Virus record (IMG/VR): IMGVR_UViG_3300032007_000055
Location: 26,044 to 90,043 of that record
DNA: 64,000 bases
Origin: a virus
Lineage: Duplodnaviria > Caudoviricetes
Direction: 5' to 3' (one strand)
Shown here piece by piece: positions 1-9,410 of the stretch (its first letter is position 1; every line of letters starts with the position of its first letter). A program made the translations under genes and the position numbers. Under the pieces are notes generated by a model. The model saw only the letters and a list, made by a program, of their open reading frames with translations. It did not search any database and was not told the origin of the DNA.

Positions 1-703
1 TTGTATAGATAATGTTATAAACACATATAAAATGCTTAAAAATATACTCAAAAACCTTGTTATAGAGATTCATAATGGTATTTGTTTCACCAAAAATCAT
101 TTCTTCATTGTTGAAAAGTTTTATAGAATTCTTGAGATCGTATACGTCATCAAAATAATATCTCTTAAGAGTGTCAGGTTTAGCATTACCAATATCTTTC
201 TTATCGATAAGAGTCAACGATTTATTGATGTGTATCCAACCACTATTGTGGATAAGTGTTTTCAATGTCATCACATCAGAACGAATATGCATCGATGTCC
301 AACTATAATGGTTCAACATATCACGAATTTTACAAAATGTGTCATCCGTTATTTTTTTATCTTTGATTACTTCAAGCTTGCTGAATGTACTGCTAACGTA
401 GTTTATATATTCATCGAATTGGAAAATCATATCTTTTAATAAAGACAATGTATTTTCTATATCTGGAAGTTTCAAGAACAATTGCTTAATTAAATTGAAT
501 TGCTTATGGAAATCGTTTTTGCTTATCTTACTAGAAGATCCAGTTCCAAACAATAAAGTTTTTATGATGCTGACTACATTGTCATCTATAAGATTCGGAG
601 AAACTCCGTTTTCTTTCATCTTTGTTTTGAAAAATGTTTCGAATCTATCTCTGATATTCGTGGATTTTGTCAGAATATCGTCGTATATATTTTTCTCTTT
701 CAT
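1..703 (-). CDS. hypothetical protein, 3'-truncated by window edge
   Basis: ATG at 703 after GGGGGA RBS; frame (MKEKNIYDDILTKSTNIRDRF...) stays open to position 1; absent from ORF track because it has no stop in the window. Confidence 0.75.
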   Translation of the reverse strand, partial: MKEKNIYDDILTKSTNIRDRFETFFKTKMKENGVSPNLIDDNVVSIIKTLLFGTGSSSKISKNDFHKQFNLIKQLFLKLPDIENTLSLLKDMIFQFDEYINYVSSTFSKLEVIKDKKITDDTFCKIRDMLNHYSWTSMHIRSDVMTLKTLIHNSGWIHINKSLTLIDKKDIGNAKPDTLKRYYFDDVYDLKNSIKLFNNEEMIFGETNTIMNLYNKVFEYIFKHFICVYNIIYT

Positions 704-730
704 TAATATTCCCCCACAAAAAAAAAACAA

Positions 731-769
731 AAAAGAGACGCAGTTGTTTTGAACAACCACGTCTCTTTT
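731..769 (-). terminator. intrinsic terminator
   Basis: AAAAGAGACG...CGTCTCTTTT inverted repeat followed by a U-tract on the minus strand. Confidence 0.75.
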
Positions 770-771
770 AA

Positions 772-924
772 TTACAAGTACGACGAATAATCGTTTACGT
801 CGTAGATCTGTCCCGATTCAAATCCATCGGGGCATTCGTAGTCGGCGTCCACATGGGACACATCCATGTTCGACACCGGTTCATCGAAATCAGTTATACG
901 AAAATTCGTATTCTCTGTTTCCAT
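772..924 (-). CDS. 50-aa highly acidic protein
   Basis: AGGAGG RBS, own promoter motif (944-955) and terminator; METENTNFRITDFDEPVSNMDVSHVDADYECPDGFESGQIYDVNDYSSYL. Confidence 0.75.
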   Translation of the reverse strand: METENTNFRITDFDEPVSNMDVSHVDADYECPDGFESGQIYDVNDYSSYL

Positions 925-943
925 AGTTTCCTCCTGTCATGAT

Positions 944-955
944 TATAATATGTAA
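944..955 (-). promoter_or_regulatory. putative early promoter (TTACATATTATA)
   Basis: copy of a motif recurring about 18 times just upstream of RBSs or RNA genes. Confidence 0.7.
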
Positions 956-978
956 TCACGATAAGAAGGTTAAATAAC

Positions 979-3054
979 TTAACGTTGCATGTAAGCAGCA
1001 CCGGTTTCTAACTGACGTCTCTGGATTTCCTCAACGTCGATATTTGGTGAGAACAATGTGATCATGTTACCAACATTAATCAAATCGCTTACTGTTTCAG
1101 TAATGATGTTCAACAAGCACTTGTCAGTGTTTCTAGGAACGATCAAAGTTGTACACTTTTCTGAATCCAAGCAATTAAACGGTTCCATCTGATTACTCAT
1201 GATGTTGTAAATTACCGGAGATTCGGAAGTAATACACTCTTCCCATTTCTTGAAAGCCTTTGTAGAATCACGATACATATTGTACAACGCATAGCGATAT
1301 GCATTACCAAATGCAAATTCAATAGCTTCAAGAATCACTTCAACAATGTGCTTAAGGTTATCAAAGTTTTCAGCGGCTGTAATGTTGATTTTGATCTTGT
1401 AAATATCATCAAGAACACGGTCTGTCAAATCATAGAAATTATTGTAAATATAGTGACAGATAGCCATATTACCACCGATAGATACACCGCCACTCTTAAT
1501 GGCAGCAGCTACAGCGGCAGCAGCATCTTCTACTACAAGACGTCTTGAAAGTTTTGTCTTTTCTGAACGTCCGCCACAATAATAGAATGTTGTACGAGCC
1601 TGAAGATTATCGATTCTTCCAAACAAGTCATCTGCGGTATAATCTGTTCTGTGATGCTTAATTCTCTTAAGCTTTTCAGCCTGAGATTTCAAATCTTTGA
1701 TCAATGCATCAAATTCTTCTGTATCAGGTTTACAACCAATGAAGTTTGTTTCTGCCTTTCCAGAAGATATGTGATCACAAGTACCAAGCATGTTTTCAAG
1801 CTGTTGTTTTCTAACATTCTTGTCAGGAGACAATTCTGTCATCTTTGTGAGTTCTGTGCTGAAGGGATGTGACTTAGTCATAAGACGGAGATCACTAAAC
1901 CTGAACTGCTCTTCGATTTCCTTATTCTTAAGAATAATTGCACAAATGTTTAACTTGTGAGGTTTAGCAGCAGGATTTGCTTTAGGATCAGCAATGTCTT
2001 CACCAAGTTCATTATAACGAGTACCTTCAATACATTCACGAAGATATTGAGCAATGTTGTAATTGTATGAACTAGCAACAAGGAGCAATGGTTGTTTAAA
2101 ATCAAATGCTACAGATTCAACAATTTGCTTCAAAGCAGGAAGATCTGTTTCAAGAAGCATACCATCAAACATAGCAACCAAAGGTTTATCTGCTTCCCAT
2201 GTGAAATGATCAGCAGAATTATTCATTCGAGATTCATCCAACGGACCAACAGGAACGATAAACGCGTTTGTACCTTCAGAATATTCTTCTTCAGTCTTTG
2301 ACATTGTAACAATTACGTTTCCTCGTCCATCCAACTTATCACGATACAATTCGGCAATCTTTTGACCTGTAACATAGTCATTATTTGCAGAAATAGTCGC
2401 TACCTTTGTGAGCCATTTAATAATATCGTCTTCGTCTTCTTTTGAATACGTTCCGTCAGCATTCGGTTCAGGGAATTTCTTCTGGTAAGCTTTATTGTCG
2501 GTAATTCCTTCAATAATATTCTTTACACAAATGTTTGTGATATTCTTGATACCTACCGGAGAGAATGTCCATTTGCCTTGTTTTGTGTCATTGAAAATTT
2601 CGATATACTTCTTAAGAAGAGCATGTTGAATCGGAATTCCAGATGATGTAGAATCGCCAACTTCAGACTGCATATACTCAGAAGCTTCACGAATAATCTT
2701 AAAAATTCCATTAGGAATCGGTTGTGTGAATTTCATGTTCTGGAGAATAGTGAAACCATCACGAGTATAATAAACAGGAACATTGCGATCGGGTTGTGTC
2801 TGGATCAATGTACCATCAGCATAAGGTCCAATTGTATGACCAATAGCTGTTTCTGCAGCAGCAGAAATGTTTAGAATCTCGTCGACCACAGCATCATTCT
2901 TCAAAATATTCGGTTTAGAAGTTTTGTATTCATTCTTACCGAAACCAATGTCGGAAATAGCCATATCAGAGAAATCGCCAGTGAACTTAGAAACCACGTT
3001 AACATTTTCGGGATTCTTTTTCATATTCTCGAATTCTTCTTCTATTTTTTCCAT
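979..3054 (-). CDS. groEL: phage chaperonin, GroEL/Cpn60-like
   Basis: HTIGPYA, TRDGFTIL, VGDSTSS (cf. TLGPKG, TKDGVSVA, GDGTTT) and VVEDAAAAVAAAIKSGGVSIGG (cf. [21 protein letters not shown]). Confidence 0.92.
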   Translation of the reverse strand: MEKIEEEFENMKKNPENVNVVSKFTGDFSDMAISDIGFGKNEYKTSKPNILKNDAVVDEILNISAAAETAIGHTIGPYADGTLIQTQPDRNVPVYYTRDGFTILQNMKFTQPIPNGIFKIIREASEYMQSEVGDSTSSGIPIQHALLKKYIEIFNDTKQGKWTFSPVGIKNITNICVKNIIEGITDNKAYQKKFPEPNADGTYSKEDEDDIIKWLTKVATISANNDYVTGQKIAELYRDKLDGRGNVIVTMSKTEEEYSEGTNAFIVPVGPLDESRMNNSADHFTWEADKPLVAMFDGMLLETDLPALKQIVESVAFDFKQPLLLVASSYNYNIAQYLRECIEGTRYNELGEDIADPKANPAAKPHKLNICAIILKNKEIEEQFRFSDLRLMTKSHPFSTELTKMTELSPDKNVRKQQLENMLGTCDHISSGKAETNFIGCKPDTEEFDALIKDLKSQAEKLKRIKHHRTDYTADDLFGRIDNLQARTTFYYCGGRSEKTKLSRRLVVEDAAAAVAAAIKSGGVSIGGNMAICHYIYNNFYDLTDRVLDDIYKIKINITAAENFDNLKHIVEVILEAIEFAFGNAYRYALYNMYRDSTKAFKKWEECITSESPVIYNIMSNQMEPFNCLDSEKCTTLIVPRNTDKCLLNIITETVSDLINVGNMITLFSPNIDVEEIQRRQLETGAAYMQR

Positions 3055-3416
3055 TCTCTTTCCTCCAAAACACCCTTAGTGTTTTTAGTAATAGTGATTG
3101 ATTTTAGTTTGCCTTTTGAAATATCATAATCGATGTTATTCGTATCACAATATTCCTTAATGTGTTCCATTTCATCGCGTTTGATGCTGGAATTCAATTC
3201 AACGTCAATTTGTTTTGTTTTCTTGTCTTGTACAATTTGATCTATTTTAAAATCATTAGTCATCTTTCCACAACTTTCTTCAAAATTGTGTAAAGCGATG
3301 TAATGATTTGTAAAGTTAACATCATATGGGCTTTCTTGCTTTCCGTTGGGATTGATGATAGCATCGGCAATACTTACGATGAAATCAATAAGCGAAAGAC
3401 CACTTCCTTTCTTCAT
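3042..3416 (-). CDS. hypothetical protein
   Basis: 124-aa ORF overlapping the chaperonin start by 13 nt. Confidence 0.75.
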   Translation of the reverse strand: MKKGSGLSLIDFIVSIADAIINPNGKQESPYDVNFTNHYIALHNFEESCGKMTNDFKIDQIVQDKKTKQIDVELNSSIKRDEMEHIKEYCDTNNIDYDISKGKLKSITITKNTKGVLEEREWKK

Positions 3417-3467
3417 ATTAAGTATCTACCCTCAATATATTTTTAAATTGAAATAGTATTACACCAA

Positions 3468-3917
3468 TTATTGTTTACCGTATTTTCTATTCATTTCTTT
3501 TAAGAATCGATCATCTAGCTTTGTTGTTTCGTTTTTGGTATATGCATTTATTGTACCGTTCTGTTTAAAAGCAGCATATGAACGATCTATGTTTTCAAAT
3601 TCGTTATTTACTATGTTTTCAAATGTCGGTATATCCAACGTTAATAATTGTTCGAATGTAATACGTCCCTCAAGCAATTTTGACGCGTTCAAAATATTTT
3701 GCATAATGCGATCTGCTTGTCGATCCATTACTTCGCGTTGTACCTTTTGTTTAACGGTATTCTTAGCAACCGAAAATAAGTTGTTAGTTACTTTCGGTTC
3801 TTCTTCCGGTTCGTCTTCAGCAATAGAATTTTTTATTTTGTTTCGATCGTCGTCTGTTTTCTTATTTAGCGCAGCAGTTTCACGTTCTTTTATACGAATT
3901 CTTGCCGCGCGATCGTA
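3468..3917 (-). CDS. -1 frame extension of the upstream tail-chaperone-like protein (includes the 86-aa ORF 3468-3728)
   Basis: frame is open for 63 codons upstream of Met 3728 with no ATG/GTG/TTG and runs back to a T8 slippery run inside the 679-aa gene. Confidence 0.65.
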   Translation of the reverse strand, partial: YDRAARIRIKERETAALNKKTDDDRNKIKNSIAEDEPEEEPKVTNNLFSVAKNTVKQKVQREVMDRQADRIMQNILNASKLLEGRITFEQLLTLDIPTFENIVNNEFENIDRSYAAFKQNGTINAYTKNETTKLDDRFLKEMNRKYGKQ

Positions 3918-5929
3918 AAAAAAAGCGGCTCCGGTTCTACCGGAATATTTCCTATTTCTGATTCACATGTAGGTTCGGCACATATGCCACCATTGATTGC
4001 GTGTCGAATACCAGTTACTCGGATAAGTTTATTCAAGTTCTCATCGTTCAAGAATGTTCTATAGTCTTCAGGTGAAAGGTTGTAAATGCTATTGATAATA
4101 GCAGGTTTTTCTGTAAATTCAACAAAAGAAACCTGAGCTTTGTTGTTTTCTTTATCTTCACCAATAACTCTAGCAACAATCAATGATTTGATGTAAAGAT
4201 ATGAACGAAGTTCGATAAGTTCCTTAGTCAAACCAAATGAAGAATCGATGTAAACTGTTTCACCAGATTCAGGATCAGTGTATGAAAGATCTCTATCCTT
4301 GAAAGTAACAATCATTTCTTTCATAGTGTTGAGAGCATCAAGTACTGTCGGAATCTTAAGATCGTAAATGAATGAAGAATTCGGCAAAGTTCTCTTTGTA
4401 CGGTATGTTGATTTTGCAAGATCAACAATCTTTTCTTTCTGGAATTCTTGATATACTTTGCTTGATTCACTTGCATCCAAACTAGATCCATGTTCGATGT
4501 AATGATTTAATTGATTAATGTTAATGTTATTATTCAACAAGAAGCACAAATCTTTAGAATTTACTTCGCGCTTGTTAAGAGTTCCACACTTAGGACAAGG
4601 AATTTCAAAAGCATAATTCTTGTGGAAACTAGCAACATAAGCAGCAAAGAATAATTGTTGGAAATCAGGGAATGAAATGATCTTACCGAACAAATCTTCA
4701 TAAGACGGTTTCATTTCATAACCAGATACACGGATTATATGCTTATAGAACATTTCAAGTTCTTTTTCTCGTTTCTGAATAAACAACAAATTCTTTTCGT
4801 ATGTATAATCCTGAGCATTAGGATCGAGATCAGCAAGTTTATCTTCAATAGCACAAATGTCACGAACATCTGGCCATGAGAAAGCGCTCATTGTAATAAC
4901 TGTTCCAGAGATAATAAAAGGTACAACTGCCATAGTAGGCTGTAATGTCGGGAGAACAGTCTTTAAATAAATATCTTGTCGTTCTTGTTTTGTTTTTAAA
5001 TCGATATTCGCAGCTTCGATATTCGTAGTATCTTCAACATTCATATTGCGAAGAACTTTTGCTGTCTTAGCGCTACGAATCTTAAAAGCATTGATGTTTC
5101 CATCGCCACCATAATACTGATAATCTTTCTTCTTAGGTTCTGCAGTAGTTCCATCTTGTTCAGAAGTAGTTTCAGTTTCTTTTGTTTCTGTTTCAGAAGT
5201 TTGAATTTCTGATTCTTTAACAATAGAAACTTCCATCTTTTCAGATGACTTATCTTCTTCAGTAGGTTTCTTAGCAGATTCATCTTCGTAAGCATTATCG
5301 ATAGTTTCGTTTATTTCTTTGATATCTAGATTCTGGAATTCTTCTTCAGAATCATCTGCAACATCGGCTTCGGCATTTTTCATGATAATGTCTTTATTGC
5401 TTTGATAAAGTTTTTTATCCAAATCATCAGCAATTTCAACATTTTCTTTTACCGTTATCGGTTTGACAGTATTTTTCTTTTCGAGTTCTGTAGCTTCTTT
5501 AGGTGTCAAAATTTCAACACCTTTAGATTCTGCAGGTTTCTCTTCAACTTTCGGTTCTTCCGATTTTGTTTCAACTTCGACCGAAGGCGCAGGTTGTTTT
5601 TCAGTTTCATTTATAGATTCTGGTTCTCCAGAATCCTTTGTTTCGATAACTTGCTCTTGCTTTTCGCTAGCTATGATAGAGTTTTCAAACGAATCATCAA
5701 TAGGTTTAGCTTCATCCACAGCAGGTTCATTTTCAACAACCTCTTCTTTTGGAGTAGGTTTATTTTCATAATATTCCTTTTCCTTAAGATTTGTCATAAG
5801 CTTATCTCTTTCAATTTCTTCAAGAGATTTCTTTTTTGGTTGCGAACTTGTATTGTCTGCTGAAGATGTTAATTCTGTAAGAAAATTGTCATTAGCTGTT
5901 TCGTTTTCAGGTTTATTTAAATTTTCCAT
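3890..5929 (-). CDS. tail/baseplate assembly chaperone-like protein with Cys pairs and acidic N-terminal extension
   Basis: FEIPCPKCGTLNKREVN and GICAEPTC Cys motifs, LKIPTVLDAL; architecture recalls T4 gp26-like / TAC proteins; slippery site at 3' end. Confidence 0.55.
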   Translation of the reverse strand: MENLNKPENETANDNFLTELTSSADNTSSQPKKKSLEEIERDKLMTNLKEKEYYENKPTPKEEVVENEPAVDEAKPIDDSFENSIIASEKQEQVIETKDSGEPESINETEKQPAPSVEVETKSEEPKVEEKPAESKGVEILTPKEATELEKKNTVKPITVKENVEIADDLDKKLYQSNKDIIMKNAEADVADDSEEEFQNLDIKEINETIDNAYEDESAKKPTEEDKSSEKMEVSIVKESEIQTSETETKETETTSEQDGTTAEPKKKDYQYYGGDGNINAFKIRSAKTAKVLRNMNVEDTTNIEAANIDLKTKQERQDIYLKTVLPTLQPTMAVVPFIISGTVITMSAFSWPDVRDICAIEDKLADLDPNAQDYTYEKNLLFIQKREKELEMFYKHIIRVSGYEMKPSYEDLFGKIISFPDFQQLFFAAYVASFHKNYAFEIPCPKCGTLNKREVNSKDLCFLLNNNININQLNHYIEHGSSLDASESSKVYQEFQKEKIVDLAKSTYRTKRTLPNSSFIYDLKIPTVLDALNTMKEMIVTFKDRDLSYTDPESGETVYIDSSFGLTKELIELRSYLYIKSLIVARVIGEDKENNKAQVSFVEFTEKPAIINSIYNLSPEDYRTFLNDENLNKLIRVTGIRHAINGGICAEPTCESEIGNIPVEPEPLFFTIARQEFV
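3917..3924 (-). other. putative -1 ribosomal frameshift site (T TTT TTT) with downstream stem
   Basis: CTT TTT TTT ACG; 6 nt later GCGCGGCA (3903-3910) pairs with TGCTGCGC (3869-3876). Confidence 0.65.
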
Positions 5930-5951
5930 TTTAAACTAAATCTCCTTAAAT

Positions 5952-5986
5952 AAAAAAAAATACCAAATGATATTTCACATTTGGTA
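5952..5986 (-). terminator. intrinsic terminator
   Basis: TACCAAATG/CATTTGGTA stem plus U9 tract on the minus strand. Confidence 0.75.
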
Positions 5987-6003
5987 TTTGGATGTATTTT
6001 CAA

Positions 6004-6738
6004 TTAGAACGGATCATAAGATTCAGAATTGTATGAATCTCCAGATCCTCCCGAATTGTTTTGAGAATAAGAAGCAGAATCACCGCCTCTATTTCTATTT
6101 CCGCTAAAGCAAGCAGAAATGTATTTTGTAATGCTGTTAACTGCAGCATCCTGGATGCGATACATAATCGGAACCATCGGATTCTGCAATTCTTTAAGAA
6201 TGTTAATGAAGTCGAATGCCTGGATGTCAGCATAATCGATTTTGTTAAGCTTGCACTTAGCTTCAATCTGTCCACTAGGAACACGACTGTTGAAAACAAC
6301 TTCGATTGTATCATTCTTCTCATAGTCTGTGTAAGAAACACGAACACGAGGAATTCCATCAAACATTTCTGTGTCAATTGTCAATAGACCGGTAGATACT
6401 TCCTTTCCACCATCACGCATAGAAGTTGTAGGAACTTTGATAACTTCATCGACATCATAGTTCTTTCCTTCAGCGAATGCATCACGGCGACGAGCCATCA
6501 TACCTTCAAGAAGTCTTGACAAGTCAAAAGCTTTGGCATCTGGCAAGTAACAGTTCAAATCAAGAACATTTTCACTTGTGATTCCACGCTTAAAGTGCAA
6601 TGTCAAAAGACCATTGTAATAAGAAACGTACATCATAGCGTATGCTTTGTCATCGCCAGGTTTCTTATAACTAAAATATGTCTTAGACATCTGAACGCTT
6701 AAATGATAAGCGTTATACTTCTTCTTTTCTTCAGCCAT
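6004..6738 (-). CDS. putative single-stranded DNA-binding protein
   Basis: beta-rich body, Gly/Ser/Asn linker and acidic-aromatic tail ending SESYDPF, as in SSB C-termini (DDIPF). Confidence 0.5.
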   Translation of the reverse strand: MAEEKKKYNAYHLSVQMSKTYFSYKKPGDDKAYAMMYVSYYNGLLTLHFKRGITSENVLDLNCYLPDAKAFDLSRLLEGMMARRRDAFAEGKNYDVDEVIKVPTTSMRDGGKEVSTGLLTIDTEMFDGIPRVRVSYTDYEKNDTIEVVFNSRVPSGQIEAKCKLNKIDYADIQAFDFINILKELQNPMVPIMYRIQDAAVNSITKYISACFSGNRNRGGDSASYSQNNSGGSGDSYNSESYDPF

Positions 6739-6755
6739 TTATTTGCTCCTTTTAT

Positions 6756-7385
6756 TTATTTATCGGAAACCCATCCACAGTGCATCGAAGAGAAATCTTT
6801 TCCGCACAAACATAATGAATCTTTACGTAAATTCGCATGCAATCTGTCAACAAGAACCAACTTGAGTTTTTCTGTCACTGCGTATTCATCGACCAACGCA
6901 TTGAAATGTCCATTGGGCATATCTTTGAACCGTTCGAAATCACAAGCAATATCAAGAATTTCTTTCTGACGTTCCATGTAAGCGTTAATTTTGTTTCTGA
7001 GCTTTTCAAGCTCTTCCGGAGTCAACCATTTCTTGTTGGAGTTTATTTCACTGATAGGTTCATCAGCTTCTTCAGTAAGTTCATCACCGTTTTCATCACG
7101 ATTTCTTAACCAAGCTAAATCGTTTCTACCAATTCTAAATATATGATTCTTCTTTTCAGTTGTGAGGTTTTTGAATTCTTTCACAAAATCAGGATATTTT
7201 GCAACGAATTGTTCTTGAGCCTTTCTTTTGCATTCACTATAGCGATTTTCTTCACGCCAAGTGTTCATTGCATTTTCATATTCTTCAAGACGTTGTTTGA
7301 TGATTTGTTCATCTGTCAAGATAGGTTTAGGTGTTTTCGTTTCTTCGCGTTCGCGAGGACACGCTTCTTCCATTACATCTTCCAT
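6756..7385 (-). CDS. hypothetical protein
   Basis: ORF-track 224 aa; start moved to MEDVMEE (7385) behind an AAGGAG RBS. Confidence 0.75.
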   Translation of the reverse strand: MEDVMEEACPREREETKTPKPILTDEQIIKQRLEEYENAMNTWREENRYSECKRKAQEQFVAKYPDFVKEFKNLTTEKKNHIFRIGRNDLAWLRNRDENGDELTEEADEPISEINSNKKWLTPEELEKLRNKINAYMERQKEILDIACDFERFKDMPNGHFNALVDEYAVTEKLKLVLVDRLHANLRKDSLCLCGKDFSSMHCGWVSDK

Positions 7386-7398
7386 GTTTATTGCTCCT

Positions 7399-7557
7399 TT
7401 ATTTGTTTTCGTGACATTCGCACGATTCACAATTTCCAGTACAAGTGTTGCCTTCGGCAGACTGTACTTTACGAGGTTCGTTCAATTTTCCATCCATGCT
7501 ATCACGGATAGATTCATTCGAACGAGCGATCGTTTCATACTCTTTCGGATCTGTCAT
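7399..7557 (-). CDS. 52-aa protein with C-terminal Cys cluster
   Basis: AGGAGG RBS; MTDPKEYE...NTCTGNCESCECHENK; stop abuts the next RBS. Confidence 0.7.
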   Translation of the reverse strand: MTDPKEYETIARSNESIRDSMDGKLNEPRKVQSAEGNTCTGNCESCECHENK

Positions 7558-7599
7558 ATAGAACCCTCCTATTTTTATATATCTATATAGTAGATTTTA

Positions 7600-7989
7600 T
7601 CATTTTTTACTAAGTAAGCGTTTGTGTTCTTCTTCATAATCTATTGGTGTTAATTTATATTGAAATTCTTTTGATAATTTAAAAACCAATTTCTTGATCA
7701 TATCATAATATTGCATTTCAAAGTATTCCATCTTGTCAATGCTTTTTATTCTTGATGAAAGATAATATTTTAAAATTAGCTCCAATCGTTTAGGATTGGA
7801 GCATTTATAAACGTCTTTTATGTATTTGAGAAATCCAACAGTATCACTATTATTGTATTCTCGCATACGTCTCCAGACGTTGTTACTGATACCAAATTTT
7901 AATGTGTCTTCTCCTCTGAAGTTGACACAAATCATATAAAAGTATTTTAATTGTTTTGATTGCTTCGGTATTTTTCTTTTGCGTCCCAT
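7600..7989 (-). CDS. GIY-YIG superfamily (T5orf172-like) nuclease
   Basis: YFYMI...KFGISNNVWRRMREYN...LELILK...EYFE pattern. Confidence 0.7.
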   Translation of the reverse strand: MGRKRKIPKQSKQLKYFYMICVNFRGEDTLKFGISNNVWRRMREYNNSDTVGFLKYIKDVYKCSNPKRLELILKYYLSSRIKSIDKMEYFEMQYYDMIKKLVFKLSKEFQYKLTPIDYEEEHKRLLSKK

Positions 7990-7992
7990 ATA

Positions 7993-9300
7993 TTATTTAT
8001 TTTCTATACATTTTCGATTTTGATTGCTACCAATCATTTCTGTGAGTTTCATCTTACTGTCTTCAGCCGACATAATCAAAGACTGTGCTGCACTATCAAG
8101 TACTTGAATTGCACTCGATATATCACTAACCATTTGCAATCCAGTTACATTGCTTTCAATCATGTCTAACATATCAGACTTAGCAAACTCGCTATTTGAT
8201 TCGATTTCGTTTATGATTTCTTCAGAATCCAAAGCAAATTCACCATATAGTTTATACAACGGTTTGACAATTCGAATTTGTTTATTGCCAGCATCAAAGA
8301 ACGTAATATCTACAATAACTTTCCTCGGATTCAAATACAGAACCATGTAGAAATCTTCATCTAACGTTTTATGTAAATTCGTAAATGTTTTCACAATATC
8401 ATTATAAAGAATGTCTACAAAATGATCTTTTGCAAGATTATGGAACGGATAGAATGTGTTTAATTTTGTAATTCCTAATGGTTTATCAAGTCGTGTATCA
8501 AATATAATTTCTGCAGATTCAAATTGTACAAATACCCATTTGTTAAAGAATGATGTAATAAATTCATTTACAGAAATCAATCTTTTATCAACACAATATG
8601 TTTCTTGTAATTGTCCATTGACTAATGTTGAAACGTCACTGTCAAATACCGAATATTCTACAGTCGTGTGCGAATCATATAATGTACCAACTGAACATTC
8701 TCTCGTTTCATTTTCATATTTAAATGCTTTCGCATCAAAATGATTGTAATATCTTGGATTGTAATCGTTCGAATAAACGATTTCTTTAAACACAGGATCA
8801 CTATGTTTATTATCAGAAAAGTTTATCAAACCATACGTGCTTGACGATGAAAGATTTATGTCAACCATTGTTAAACCAAAATCATATAATTTATCCAATT
8901 CTGGTTTATTTATATCTTCTTCAACTATACAATGATTATTTGAGAACGCATATGTAGGAATAATCTTTGCCGACTCAATAAATGGTTTAATATTCTTTTT
9001 AATGACTTCAACCGAACAATGTTTAGGAAATTCCACATCGCAGAGGTATGTCGTTTTATCATAGACAAATTTACTTGTTTTTCGATTATTGTCAAATGTT
9101 TCAATAACCGATTTGTTTGTTATTAAACAACAAATCTTCGTTATGATATTGTTACCATCGATATTATAAACATTCTTATTTTCTTTCAAGAAGAAATGTA
9201 TATTTCGTTCATATTTCTTAAATCCTAGTTCTTTCATCTTTTCTTCATCTGTTGGGCGATTGTTAAATGCTAAAATGTTGATATTGTTGGTAATGTTCAT
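7993..9300 (-). CDS. hypothetical protein
   Basis: 435-aa ORF. Confidence 0.85.
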   Translation of the reverse strand: MNITNNINILAFNNRPTDEEKMKELGFKKYERNIHFFLKENKNVYNIDGNNIITKICCLITNKSVIETFDNNRKTSKFVYDKTTYLCDVEFPKHCSVEVIKKNIKPFIESAKIIPTYAFSNNHCIVEEDINKPELDKLYDFGLTMVDINLSSSSTYGLINFSDNKHSDPVFKEIVYSNDYNPRYYNHFDAKAFKYENETRECSVGTLYDSHTTVEYSVFDSDVSTLVNGQLQETYCVDKRLISVNEFITSFFNKWVFVQFESAEIIFDTRLDKPLGITKLNTFYPFHNLAKDHFVDILYNDIVKTFTNLHKTLDEDFYMVLYLNPRKVIVDITFFDAGNKQIRIVKPLYKLYGEFALDSEEIINEIESNSEFAKSDMLDMIESNVTGLQMVSDISSAIQVLDSAAQSLIMSAEDSKMKLTEMIGSNQNRKCIENK

Positions 9301-9410
9301 AATATAAAATATTTTCTCCTATTTTAGTATATTCATTATATATAACTTAAAGAAAAATTAAAAGTTAATGTAGTACGGATTTTCACCCGTACTACATATG
9401 GAATTGATTT

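Noticed and set aside
1348-3079. Plus-strand ORFs opposite long minus-strand genes (here and throughout, e.g. 5402-5863, 40957-41424, 60930-61502)
   Set aside because: Antisense shadows: no RBS or promoter motif, low-complexity Phe/Ser/Ile-rich translations mirroring the real gene's codon bias
7600-7989. GIY-YIG gene as part of an intron or mobile element
   Set aside because: It is freestanding in an operon; no interrupted host gene or intron core flanks it
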